In this document: in pieces, positions 51,396 to 64,000 of the stretch | Position numbering within the stretch: position 1 is the first letter of the stretch | Layout: every line of letters starts with the position of its first letter | Source: Geosiphon pyriformis uo1 | Lineage: Eukaryota > Fungi > Glomeromycota | NCBI GenBank assembly: GCA_016748015.1 | Contig: JAAOMT010000436.1 | Coordinates: 687,940 to 751,939, forward strand | Direction of reading: 5' to 3' | DNA length: 64,000 nucleotides | Notes under the pieces: generated by a model | Told to the model about the DNA's origin: nothing | The model's database searches: none | The model's input: the letters and a program-made list of their open reading frames with translations, nothing else | Made by a program: the position numbers and the translations under genes

Positions 51396-54300
51396 TGTTA
51401 CTTATAAAAAAAAAACAGATATAGAAAATAGCAGACCAATGAAAGAATAATATTTAGCATGTAAGCATATTGCTCAGCAATATGGAGCAATGTCAGAAAT
51501 CATGGCACATTGCTCAGCAATGTGGAGTAATGTCAGAAAACACGGCACATTGCTTAGCAATATGGAGCAATATTAGAAAATTGGAGCACATCGCTCAGCA
51601 ATGTGAGCATTGTTTAAGAAATCATAGCACATCATTCAAAAATGTGAGTGATCTCATAGAACATCAATTTTGTATATATAGCAGTAGCATTAAAAGTAGA
51701 AAAAGCAGAATTCTTTAGTTAGAAATCTTCCATTTACAAATATTGAATAAATAAATTATTTACCATCCAAATTCACTCTTCACTATCAACACTCCATGTT
51801 GATAGCAATTGATACTTAACCATACTGGAACAATAGCTTTTGATCATGGCTATTGATAGATACTAACTTGCATATTGTCTTGGCTTATTTCTTTATGTTA
51901 TTTCTTTTATTTTCTTGTCTTAATTTTTGTTATTACTAATTCTATTAAGGATTAACACGTGGGATACTGACGTTAAGATATAGCACTAGTAAAAGACCCA
52001 GAAATAAGAGTAGGACACTCGATTGAGATTAGCTTACCAGGAGAAAGAAATTGACAAAACTGCAGTTTCGGAAAGCTACAGATAAAACTATTACCACTGA
52101 ATCTGTGTCTATTATACAAAGAACTCAACCAAAACCTTCAGATAAACACATCTTCAGATTTCCATCATCGACAACAGCCTTAAGCACCAAGTTACGGGTT
52201 TGCTATTTACTCTAACAACCAACAAAGTTCACCTGTAACATTTGTTGCTCTCTGTGAGATATAATTCTACAGAGAACCAGTACCAACAAATAAATCAACA
52301 GTAGCAGAATCAGAAAGTATAGAAGCAAACCATTTAGAATTTGTGAAATCTTTATTTTAACACTACTGTCAATACTTGGGATTGAACCACAATTAGATGT
52401 CAACAGAATCAGCTTTCAATTTCTACATTAACAAAAAAATTGCCTATTTGTTAGAAACACTAGTAAACACTAAATCAGCAAGAAAAACTTTTTACCATGA
52501 ATTAATCCAAAACACCAGCTTACCAACAAATTATAATTTCACATCTATTATCACTGAGATTAATAAAGAAATTGAATATCACATACAACAAAAATACCCA
52601 ATCACTTATGTCAGTAAAGACAAAAGAAAATTACAAACACTGATAGTAACACCTCAATAAATCCAACCATCCACTTAGAAGAAACACAGAATTGAATCAC
52701 CTACAAATTCATCATATTATTATACTCCTAGAAGCACCATCAATATTGCATCAGCAGACACATCTACATCAAATGTGACATCAACATTTGGATGATTTCT
52801 ATTCCAAAGTAAACAAAAGAAAGAAGATCTATTAGAACCATATAGCACATACTTCAAGAGATTCAAATTGAGATCACCAATGCCATCAGGAGTTTGATTA
52901 CCACTACCTCAACCAGATTTCAGAATTACTGATTCATATGAACCAACCAAATTGGAAAAAGAACAAAAAGAAAAAGAGGAAAAAGAATCTGAAAATCAAG
53001 AATTTACTTATCAGAACCTGATTACTGAGAACCCAGATATTAGAACCCCAAATTTTCAGACTTAGCAAAATCAAAATCTAGAAAATCCAGAAATCAAAAC
53101 TCCGCCAAATCAGAATGACCAAAATCCTGACTTAATTAATCAACAAAACTTACCTCTGAATATTGTTATCAATCAACCACCAATTGAATCAATTATCAAA
53201 CCAATTTAACAGCAGCAAATACCCCTTCAACAGCCACTACTACAGCAACTTATTCAACAACCAGTTCAACAACTGCAACAACCACTTTAACCACCAATAC
53301 AACAACAGCAACTGATTGCACTAATGGCTTTTGCACTAATCACAAAATTTGAGAAGTTCACTAGCGAAGAGAATGATGCCCAGACATGGATTAATGACAT
53401 CACCAAAGCCATCACTGCAAATAATTGAGATAACACAAAAACAATACAAGTCATCTCATATTTCTTAAAGAATACTGCCAACTCATGATATCATAGCTTG
53501 GCCCAGAAACCCCAAAATTTTAATGCATTTAAAACAGAATTCCTAAGATATTTCAGTGATAATAACAGCATTAACTGTCTGGCAAGTACTTTCACCATCC
53601 TAAAACAAGGGGACACAGAAGCAGTTACCACCTATTTGGAATACTTCCACAGAAATCTGTGCCAAATCCAAGCTATCCAAGCTGATTACTTTACAGTGCC
53701 ACAAATCTTAAATCAGTTTATTAGAGGCTTACGCAGCAGCATTCTCCAATGAGTACGTTCAATGCATCTGGTAGATTTTCCTACCACAGTCACTCATGCT
53801 AAAAATTTTGAAGCTGCTGAGTTAGAAGCCAACCATGCCCAAGCTGTGAATTTAGTAATGAATGGATCATCTGACTTGGATTCTAAACTGAAACAATTTA
53901 GTGATTTCATTAATCAGAAATTAGAGGAATACTTAGCTGACAATTACCCAATTTATCAGTCTTCTTAATGATGTAATAATTAGGGAAATGCAAATCATTT
54001 CCAAAATTAGTCGCATTCATCATTATTAACAAATCAGCCATGGCAACAAGAAATGTGAATTTGTCACAACTGTGGTAAACAAGGTTACCTTAGAGCCAAT
54101 TGCCATGTTTATAGTAACCCATGATTGGAAAATCAATATTAAAATTCTGATCACTGGTTCCCAACTCCGAATTATTACTCAAATCAAAATCAATATTAAT
54201 CTACTTACCTGTTAATGATGCTGCTGCCAATCTATCAAACACCAGTATATCAACCTCAAATATATCAACTGCAGCCACCTATAATATATCAATTACAGCC

Positions 54301-55973
54301 ATAAATAGTTTATTAATCACAACAATTAATTCAAACACCACCACAAAATCCAGCTATGATAACATCTGAAAACCCCAAATCCAGAGTAACCCAAAACTGG
54401 AGATCGGCGATAGTGGTTCACCAACCAATCCCCAGTTCAACAAATCAACCATTAAGATTACACCAGTGGAATTCAGGAACTGGGTATAACCAAAACCTGA
54501 GTTTCCAGAACTACTTAAGTCTTTTGGTTACCCCAGAAGATGTAGCATCCAGCAAACAGGAAACCAATCAGAAGCCACTTACCTGCAACATTTTACCAGC
54601 CGCCAGCACTGAAGATGAATCACTTGCTACCATATTTCCATTTGAACTTGAGGAAATCATATCAGTTCTATTATTCAGTGGAGCCACTCTGGACATTAAA
54701 CCAATAACCATGATGTATACTGATGCCAAAGTTAATGGTCAGTATATCAAACTGATCCTGAATAGTAGATTAGCTGGTAGCATCATTACCAAACAACTCA
54801 TGAATCAATTAAGTCACCAAGTTGACTGAGCTGTCAGTACAAGGATCATTACAGCTGATGGAGCAACCAAAACTCTTATTGGTGAAATTGACGACTTCTC
54901 TTTTGAAGTCAACAGCATTATAGTCCCTATCAAAGTTTTGGTGATGAAAGCCACTCAATACCAAGCACTAGTTGGTAATAACTGGCTCACTAAAACAAAT
55001 GCCATACTAGATTGGACAATACAAGAGCTCCAACTCAGCCAAAATGGTCAACATACATGCATACCAGCCACGTGCGGCCACTTCAAGACCATCAACACAC
55101 CAGCACCACTTATCAAGTTTAAAGAAGAAGAGAAAAAACCTATCTGGGAAGCCTATCAAGTCTCGTGGGCTGATGATGACCATAATGAACTACCACCAAT
55201 ACTCTTCTGAGATGACAATGATAATGAAAAAGAAAAACAAAGAAAAAAACATACCTGGAGAACCACCATTAATGCTTGGACTAATGACAACCAAAGTGAG
55301 TTACTATCAACAATAAGCTGAGAAGAAAAAAGGAAAGATAAGGAAAAAGAAAAAAATATATCTGAAGAAATCAAACCAACAGAAAACACAACCAAAGAAT
55401 GAACAAGTTCATACTCTGTTCACCAGCCGCTACCACAGCCACCATTTATTCTACTTAAATGCAAAGACTATGGAAAGAAACTCTTATCCATGAGAGCATG
55501 GATTGTACCAGACAAAGACCACTGGACATGAACATATTACTACTGCAAACTGTGCCATTGCAAATGCTATAAATATTCAAAGCACCAAGGCAAGTGGAAC
55601 AACAAACCATGTCTTGCTTGTGGTGAACAGCTATTCGACAAAAAGATGTGGAACGACATTTCTAGTCAAGGAGGAACATGCAATGCTTTATGCCAGTACA
55701 TGATTCTCATCAGTAATTGGGTAAGTTGTGACATGCCCATAACAGCAGCTTGGCATAAAGTGATTAACTGATTGGATGATTACCCACACGATGAGGACGA
55801 GATCTGGCAAATGGCAAATACCAAAGTCCAAGGAGCCACGCCCAGTAAAATTCTGGAAATTAAAAACAACCTGTCTGAACAGGTTGACATCATCTTTGTT
55901 CTAAATCCAAATGCCTTTCTTGACATAAAAACCAATCCAAAAGACTTCCATGAGCATTACCAAAACTTGGCAC
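51396..55973 (+). mobile_element. Gypsy-D (A family): 5' LTR 51396-52240, PBS 52243-52258, gag-PR-Cys module, interrupted by E
   Basis: TGTTAC...TGTAACA LTR. Gag from GTA/GTG 52301. LILNSRLAGSII protease. Reading breaks at YQNLA|. Confidence 0.85.
51465..51635 (+). repeat. 40-bp tandem array in the Gypsy-D LTR, each unit with a palindromic core
   Basis: Units start at 51465, 51505, 51545, 51586 and 51627 (partial). Core CA(C/T)ATTGCTCAGCAAT(G/A)TG. Confidence 0.85.
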
Positions 55974-56979
55974 TATTACCAGACAAAATTAGAGATATTG
56001 TTTAGCATAAAATTACCCTTATAAATCTTATTATTAATTAGCATATATTATTATTTCAAATTATCACTTATTATATTAGCAAAATATCCGAAATTATCAT
56101 TTAATTAATAACCCAATTGGTACATAACACAAATGTAATCTAATTGTGATGATCAATTATGCAATACCCCAAACTATGTAACATTCAAAAAGTTCGCCGA
56201 AATTTGTAAGAAATTTGCCAAAATATCTAATAGTTCACAGAAATAACTTGTAGTTTGCCAAAATATATCTTTAGTTCAGCAAAATTATAGAAAATAGCAA
56301 AGTTCAAGTTCATAAAATAGTGTTATGACAAGTTGTATAAAAGAAGAGCTTTTCTTTTCAAGGAAATGTATCTTACTTTAGATTTATTTCTTAAAACTGT
56401 TCCTACACACACAAAAAGAAATAAATATCAAATAATTCGAAAAACCAAATTCTTTAATTATTGTACTTGGAAAATCCCCAAAACCCAACTAATATTTCGA
56501 AATTGATTAGCTACCAATTTCAGTAAACTGTTAGTGACTCCAGGTCTGAATAGAAAACGTTTCTCTTGACAGAATTCTATTTTTTTTACATTTTTTTTAT
56601 TTTTCTTTTATTTTCTGATTACAATCATTAAGGTAGCCTACAGACAAGATTCCTGTAGAAGAGTTGACTTTCACAGCAAAGTAACTACACATTTTTAGTG
56701 AGCTTTCAGACAAGCAGTTCCTGAGAAAGAGTTGACGTTTACTACAACATAACTACATAAAGTAACTGGCAAGGAATTGGCCATTCTACTTATAAGCCCA
56801 GCAGTTCAAATTATAAAAGATAATTTGAAGATAAATTCAGTTACTGGAGGTTCAACCACATCCAGAAAATGTGAATTCACAGCAAACAGGCATCAACAAC
56901 ATTTAAAAAAAGAGACCAAAAACCTCCGATAACATTTGGTGCTCTCTTACGGAAACAACACAGCAAAAACAAATTCAAA

Positions 56980-59900
56980 GTGGCGACCACACTAGACGCA
57001 ACAACTCTAGAGTACTACCAGTCAATTTACACCCACTGCAAGCAAAGATTCAACATTCCAGACGGAATTGAAGTTGTCAAAAAATCAGTATACCAATACA
57101 TTGAAAACCGCATCAACAATTATCTTTTTGGAAATTACAATATCTCAGAAGTTAGAAGCAATCTTTACAATAATTTAGCACACTATTCACAGTTGGGAGC
57201 TGAAGACCTTAATAGTGAAACACTTGCCACTTACTTTCAAGAACTTAATTTTAACATTATCAAGTACTGTGAAGAAACATATCCAGTGCAGTCTCAATAC
57301 TCTATTGATTTTGAATTGGAAACAAAAACAAGCAACAAAGGCAAACACAAATTGAAGCAATACTCAAAAACCACTCCAAATACTCCAATACTACCAAAAA
57401 CAACTGCCAAACACTTACAAACACCTGAACAAGGAACAAGTTCAAAACTCCCACTCACCATCACACCTTTTCTAGCTTCACTTGCACAAGCACAAATACC
57501 TAATTCACCCTTGAATTGATTTGTAAGACCAGAAGATTTTACATCACTTAGAAGTCCCACCAGACAGCAAGAACCCCTTCAAACTAGTTCCAATCTTCTT
57601 GATTTTCTAGCTGAAAATTAAAGTGAGCACTCTGAGACAGCAGCAAATAAAGAAAACAACTCTGAAATAACTAAAAAAGAATCAATAGACAGTGAAAACA
57701 AAGAAGACGAAATGACAGCATACATCGCAAAAATCCCTGAATTTAATAGAGAAAACATTAAGACCAGTCCCCAAGAATGGCTCGATCAAGTTACTAAAGC
57801 TGGAGATGCAAATAGATGGAATGCTGCCAGAATGTTAAGAACAATTCCCTACTTTCTCAAAGAAACAGCAGGTAAATGGTTTGAAAACTTGGCCACTTCA
57901 TTCAATGATTGGGATGCTTTTAAAGCAGCCTTCCTTGAACAGTTCACCGACAATAATACCTCCATCACTCTTCGAAATTGGTTTCACAATATTAAACAAG
58001 AATTTTCTGAATCTGTTATGATTTATATTAGAAAATTCAACAAACTTCTCAGACAAATTTGCCAACTCGAAACAAATGATTATTATTCTGATGCTCAAAT
58101 CTTGGATTAATTTATCACTGGTTTAAAGGATAAACTGATTAAAAAGATTTGCCCACATGCCCCAGAAGATTTAAACTCTGTCATTCAGCATGCAAAGAGA
58201 TATGAAATGGCCATAGAAGAAGCCAATCATACAAAACTTGTGAATTTAGCCATTGGAGAAACCAGCTCAGCAGCTGAAGAGAAAATTGACCAACTCGCAA
58301 AGAAAGTTGAAAACTATTTCACCAACCAACAACAACAGCAACCCCAAAGATATCAACCACCCCAAAGACGGAATCAAAACAATTTCATATCATCCTCTAA
58401 TAACCAGTCTCAGAATTGCCATTACTGTGAAATTCCTGGCCACTGGAAAAGAGATTGCAGAAAACTACAATGAGACCAACAAAATAGGAGTAATCAACGT
58501 TACCTTCTACCACAGCAATCTTATTATCAACCACCACCACTAGCTCACTATCCACCAAGACCCCAATACCAAAATAACTATTATCAGCCCACCCCACAGC
58601 CAATCCAACAGCAATACCAACAACCACCCACACAACATTATCAAGTACCTGCTCGAAGACTAATTACACAAAATCAATTCACACCACAAAACCAATACCA
58701 AGTAAACAACAATAGAATCAGTTCAAACAACCAATTGGTTCCCCGAAATTCCACTTAACCAAGACCCAACCACTATCACACTCAACCCAGTTATCTAACA
58801 ATGCCAGAAGAACAGGATTTTTACCATATTGCACCCTCAGAAGGTAAAGCTGCAGCACAACAACAAAACCCTTCCTATACTTCCATCATAATCCCACCAG
58901 CCAAAATCGCTGAAAATGCCAACCTTTCAAATATATTCTTTTTCGAATTTAAAGCAAATAAAACACCATTTTTGCTTAGCAATACAGCGGCTAATGAGCA
59001 AAAAGCCATCACTGCAATGTATACAGAAGCTAAAGTAGAAGGAAAGTCAATTCACTTAATCCTAGACAGTGGATCCGCTGGAAGCATCATCACATATCAA
59101 TTGATACAGCAGCTAAAAAGAAATGTTGACTGATCAGCTCAGACAATCATTGTCACTGCTGATGGCATGAAAAAGACTCCAGTAAGAAAGATTGACAATT
59201 TCCCATTCACAATTGATGGAATCACCATTCCAGTCAAAGTTCTGGTCATGGATGCTCCCCAATACCAAGCTCTTGTTGGAAATAATTGGCTCCAAAAAGC
59301 CAATGCAAAATTAGACTGGAAAACCCAAGAACTACAAATCTCTTACCAAGGACAACATGCTCGAGTATCTGCCATTTGTGATACATTTAACAAATGTTCC
59401 AAAAAAGCCCTGGCTTTTGAATTCAAACCAAAAGAAGAAAAACCAATAATCAAAACATTCATGGCTCTTGAATCAATGTCCAATTGGGTCGACAAAACTG
59501 AACAAGAATATTTTACACCACACTCTAAACTCAAAACCCCTGGATAGAATATTCCTTACTTAAAGCCTGAACCAAGGAAACAACACCCCTACATTCCCCT
59601 TAAATGTAAGGACTGCCACAAGAAACTATTGTCAATGGGGGCCTGCATTTTACCTGAAGAAGAATATGAAAATCATACTTGTTACTACTATAAGGCTTGC
59701 CACAGAAAATGATGGGGCCATCTAATAAAAAGAAGTAGAAAATAGGATAACACCCCTTGTTTGACTTGTGAAGATATGCTACCAGAAGAATACAATTGGA
59801 TTGATGTAGCAATGAAAGGAGGAGTCTGTGATCAGACCTGCCAATATGCTTTATCAATTTCAGAAAAAGTAAAAAGAGGAACACCCTTTAATGTGGCATA

Positions 59901-62598
59901 CAACAGTGCTTTCAACAAACTTTATCACTACCCCCATGATGCTGAAATGATTTTCGACCTAGCAATAGCATTAATTAATGGAGCTACCAAAGAAGATATC
60001 TGTCAAATGAAGGAAGCAGAATACATTGAATACACCATAGAATTAGCTGGATTCAATTACGAAGATGAAGTAGAAGTCTACCACCAAATTGCAAGTCATA
60101 TCTACTCAACCCAAAAAGCTCAAATTCAATAATTAGAGCAAATAAACATTAAGCTATGTGAAGAATACATTATGTCTTGTGATGAACAGTAATGTCCTGA
60201 ATGCTACGCTCTTAGCATCCCCTTGCCCAGCGAAAGTGATGAGAATGAAATTGAATTTGGAAAACCTGTAGCAACGGAAGAAATTGAAACAACACTCATT
60301 TATCTTATCGAAAATCAGCCTGTCTTACAACTCAAATACTTCAACAACAATGGACAAGGAATAAAACCTGAAAAAGCACACGAAATTGATGCTGAATATG
60401 ACCTAAGATATCCAGACAAGGATACTCTTGTTCTCAAACCCAAATCTCTCACAAAAATCAACCTCAAAATTGCACTTGAAATCCCACCAGGAGCAATGGT
60501 TCAAATTGCCTCCCAGTTCTCTCTGGCAAGCAAAGAAATTAATGTCAGAGGAGGAATAATCAATGCTGGATATACTGGAGACATTACAGTAATGCTTCAA
60601 AATGAAACTAACAAACCATTTAAGATCGAACATGCTGAAAAAATTGCCCAAGCTATTTACCTACTCCTAATCAACATTTTAGGTTTGCAACTAGTTAATC
60701 AAAGAGAACAATTAGGAAAAAGCAATAGAGGAACCCAAGATTTTGGTTCAACTGAATGATTTACAGTTTCAATTAATATAGCTCTTAATACACAAAACAA
60801 ATCTCACCAGATTCTCAGACTTCCACAATCAATTACCATCTTACTCTTTAGAGAACATCCAGAAATCTACACCTGCTCAAAGCCAACAACCACACAACAA
60901 ATTTTTGAGTCCAATGAACAAGTCTGCTTGGAACATAATATTTTGATCCCAAACATTTATATTCCAGAAGGAACAAAGAAAGTCCGAATTACTTTTTACA
61001 ATCCCAACAATTACCTCATAGTTTTATTAAATAATTTAGAAATTAGAGTTATTCACAGTAATATATTTCAACAAGAATTACCCCAAACAGTCTCTGATTT
61101 CTCTAAAATTATTGAACATTCACTACCAAAAATCAACCCAAACTCCAGCTCTGAAAACTATTATGTTGTCATGGAAAAACTATCTCAAATCAACATAGGA
61201 CAACTTGAACCACAACAACAAAACCAGCTCAAAGAGCTAATTGCAGAATTTGCTGATATCTTTGCCGAAAACAACAATGACTTAGGAAAAACCAATTTGG
61301 TTCAACATCAAATCTACACAGAAGATGCCAAACCAAGGCAACAACAAGCCTACTGAGTTGCTCTAGAAAGCCACCAATTCATCCGAGAAGAAATACAATG
61401 AATGCTTAACAACGGGCTCATCCAACCTTCCATAAGTCCTTGGGCTTCACCTGTAGTGCTAGTTAAAAAAAAAAATGGAAAGATACGATTTTGTGTTGAC
61501 TATCAACAACTCAACAGCATTACAATTGGAGATGCCTACCCCCTTTTCCGAATTGATAACATGTTAGATATCCTTAGAAAATCCAAATACTTTTCAACAC
61601 TAGATTTAGAAAGCAGTTACTGGCAAGTTGCTATGGATCTCAAAAATTGCCCCAAAACAGCATTTACCACCCAAGATGGAAATTACGAGTTCAATGTAAT
61701 GCTTTTCGGATTATGCAATGCACCAGCAATGTTTCAAAGATTAATAGATATTGTGTACCAAGGACTCCTTTAGAAGTCAGTAGTCATTTATTTTGACGAT
61801 ACTGATGTTTATTCTCCATCATTCGAATTACACTTAAAACACCTATGAGAAGTTTTTTAACGATTATGAAAAGCAAGACTAAAACTCAACATTGAAAAAT
61901 ACTACTTTGGAAAAACAAGCTTGGTCTTCCTTGGTCATATTATTAGTAAAGATGGAATCAAACCGGACCCTGAAAAAATCAGTGCTGTCAAAAACTTCAA
62001 AATTCCTCAAAACACTACAGAACTAAGAGAATTCATAGGGTTAGTCTTTTACTTTCGGAAGTTTATCAAAAAATTCTCAGAAATCGCAAAACCTCTCAAC
62101 CAGCTTACCACCAAAAACGTCAAATACAAATGGACTGCTAAATGCCAAAATGCATTTGAAATCCTCAAAAAAAAACTAATGACAGCTCCAATTCTCACCT
62201 ACCCAGATTTTGACAACCAATTCCAATTAGCAACAGATGCCTTTTATACTGCCTTTGGTACTATCCTATCACAATTGGATGACAATAGAAACAAGCGAGT
62301 AATTGTCTATGCTAGCAGAACATCAAAACCAGCTGAAAAAAATTATCCTGCCACTGAATTGGAAACAACAGCTGTAATTTGGGCCCTACATTATTTCAAC
62401 CTTTATCTCCAGCCAAAGGAATTCGATATTATCACTGATAATATTGGACTCAAATGGTTTCAGAACAAAAATACTTAGCTGAATGCAAAACAAACCTGAT
62501 GAACAGGATTTCTAGCAAACTATCAATACATAGTACATCACAAACCAGGAAAACTCTACACCAATGTTGACTGTCTCTTCAGAATGAGACAAGATTAG
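56980..62598 (+). pseudogene. Gypsy-E single-frame gag-pol (Gag, PR, Cys-rich module, dUTPase, RT, RNase H)
   Basis: CHYCEIPGHWKRDC knuckle, LILDSGSAGSII protease, dUTPase in ORF 60223-60759, RT FCVDY and YFDDT, RNase H LATDAF. TAG at 62596-62598. Confidence 0.9.
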
Positions 62599-62649
62599 AA
62601 AACACAAAAACCAACACTCAACTTAACCAACCAAAACAGCCAACAAACA

Positions 62650-64000
62650 ATGAATTTGGAAAACTACAACAATCTCAAAAAATATTTGGAAACATTAACA
62701 ATCCCAATAGATTGGTCTCCAGATGAAAAACATCGACTACAACAACAAGCCAAACAATATTTTCTATACAACAACATTATTTATCATCAAAATTTCAAAA
62801 ACCCTGACAAACCACTCAGATTAATACAAGAACAGGAAAAAGAGACTATATTATACAACATGTACTTAGATCCTTCATCAGCACACTTTGGAAAAGACAA
62901 TACCACCCAAAGAACACTAGAATACTACTTTTGGCCTCGAATGAAAAAAGACATTCACAAATATGTCGAATCTTATGATAGTTGTCAAAGAAGAGGAAAA
63001 ACACATCCTACTGAACCATTAAATCCAATCAAAGTTGGACAACTCTTCGACTGAGTTGGTATCGATTTAGTCGGACCACTATCTATTATCACTCAAGGAA
63101 ACCGTTATATTGCAGTAGCTGTAGACTATCTTACTAAATGGCCCGAAGTCAGAGCCATTCAATGAGCAGATGCAAAATCAGTAGCAAATTTCATCTACAA
63201 AGACATCATTTGTAGACACAGATGTCCAATTGAACTTTTATTTGATCAAGGAACACACTTTGTAAACAACCTGATACAAGAAATTTGCGAACAATTCAAT
63301 GTCAAAAGGCCTCTGTCTTCATTCTACCATCCACAAACAAACAGACTTGTGGAACGTTTTAACAAAACATTGTGTGAGTCATTAGCCAAAGTCTCAACTG
63401 ATTTTGAGCAAGAGTGAGATATCTTTATTCTATCAGTGTTACTAGCATATAGAACACTAAAACAAGATACCACAAAACACACACCATTTGATTTAACTTA
63501 TGGAAGGATAGCAACATTACCAATTAGTTTCACAGTAGAAACATACCCAGCACAACCAATCAATAAAAACAATTTCCAGGAAACACTACAATGAAGAGCC
63601 TACACTCTGCTTAGCACATTGGAAAGAAAATGACAAATAGCAGCAACTTATATTGAACATTCTCAAGCTTAACAAAAAGAAAGACATGACAACAAATTAC
63701 CACCTATTACCAATGAATTTAAAGTTGGAAATAAAGTTCTTTTACACAGAACTAAAGCTGAAAAACAATGGAGTGAAAAATTTGAAAATAAATGGGATGG
63801 ACCATTCTTTATTCATAAAATTCTAGGCAATAGATCATATAAGCTAAGACTTGATGACAAAATCCTAGCAAAAGTTGCACATGGAGATCATTTGAAACAC
63901 TATAATTCCAGAAACAATTCGAACCATTAATTCCACAAATTGGCACACATTCCCCTTTAATCAATTCTGAAGATATTTCCTGGAATTTAGAACCAATAGT
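62650..64000 (+). pseudogene. Gypsy-E integrase
   Basis: MNLENYNNLKKYL...SAHFG...DSCQR...GIDLVGP...DQG...LVERFN...WDGPF. Confidence 0.88.

Larger units (their letters stand above)
55974..64000 (+). mobile_element. Gypsy-E (third dUTPase family): 5' LTR 55974-56934, PBS 56937-56952, runs off the window
   Basis: T(A)TTACC...GATAACA LTR and PBS TGGTGCTCTCTTACGG. Confidence 0.85.

Noticed and set aside
51465-51635. CRISPR-like palindromic repeats
   Set aside because: The intervening sequences are copies of each other rather than unique spacers, the array is inside a eukaryotic LTR, and no cas genes are present.
63660-64000. Chromodomain at integrase C-termini
   Set aside because: Only the GPY/F-type region and an EP.(I/V)V tail are seen; no chromodomain aromatic-cage pattern in any copy.

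Overview
AT-rich, intron-containing fungal DNA. The repeat and gene styles suggest Glomeromycota/Mucoromycota (Geosiphon-like); this assignment is inference. A CpG-retaining host island of about 10 kb (13.85-23.9 kb) lies between two decayed transposon blocks. The island holds (i) a ~26-exon gene of ~1,530 aa whose N-terminal part is a Tof1/Swi1/Timeless homologue and which continues in one uninterrupted exon into an Mrc1/Claspin-type MRC1 domain, an apparent fusion of two fork-protection-complex subunits, (ii) a convergent cytochrome P450, and (iii) a 573-bp hAT-like element in the P450 upstream region. The left block (1-13.7 kb) has RNase H-bearing LINE remnants and one full-length Ty3/Gypsy element (3871-11533). 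The right block (25.4-64 kb) is a nest of five same-strand Gypsy elements: C in B's LTR, B in A's LTR, D in A's RT, and E in D. These elements share an unusual architecture: a GUG-started, AUG-poor Gag extension; a Cys-rich module plus dUTPase between protease and RT; integrase often in a separate ORF; a TATA-preceded accessory ORF3; family-specific U3 tandem arrays; and a U5 hairpin complementary to the PBS. All retroelement ORFs are disabled by dense C>T/G>A transitions. Coordinates, exon models and family assignments were read by eye without database searches.
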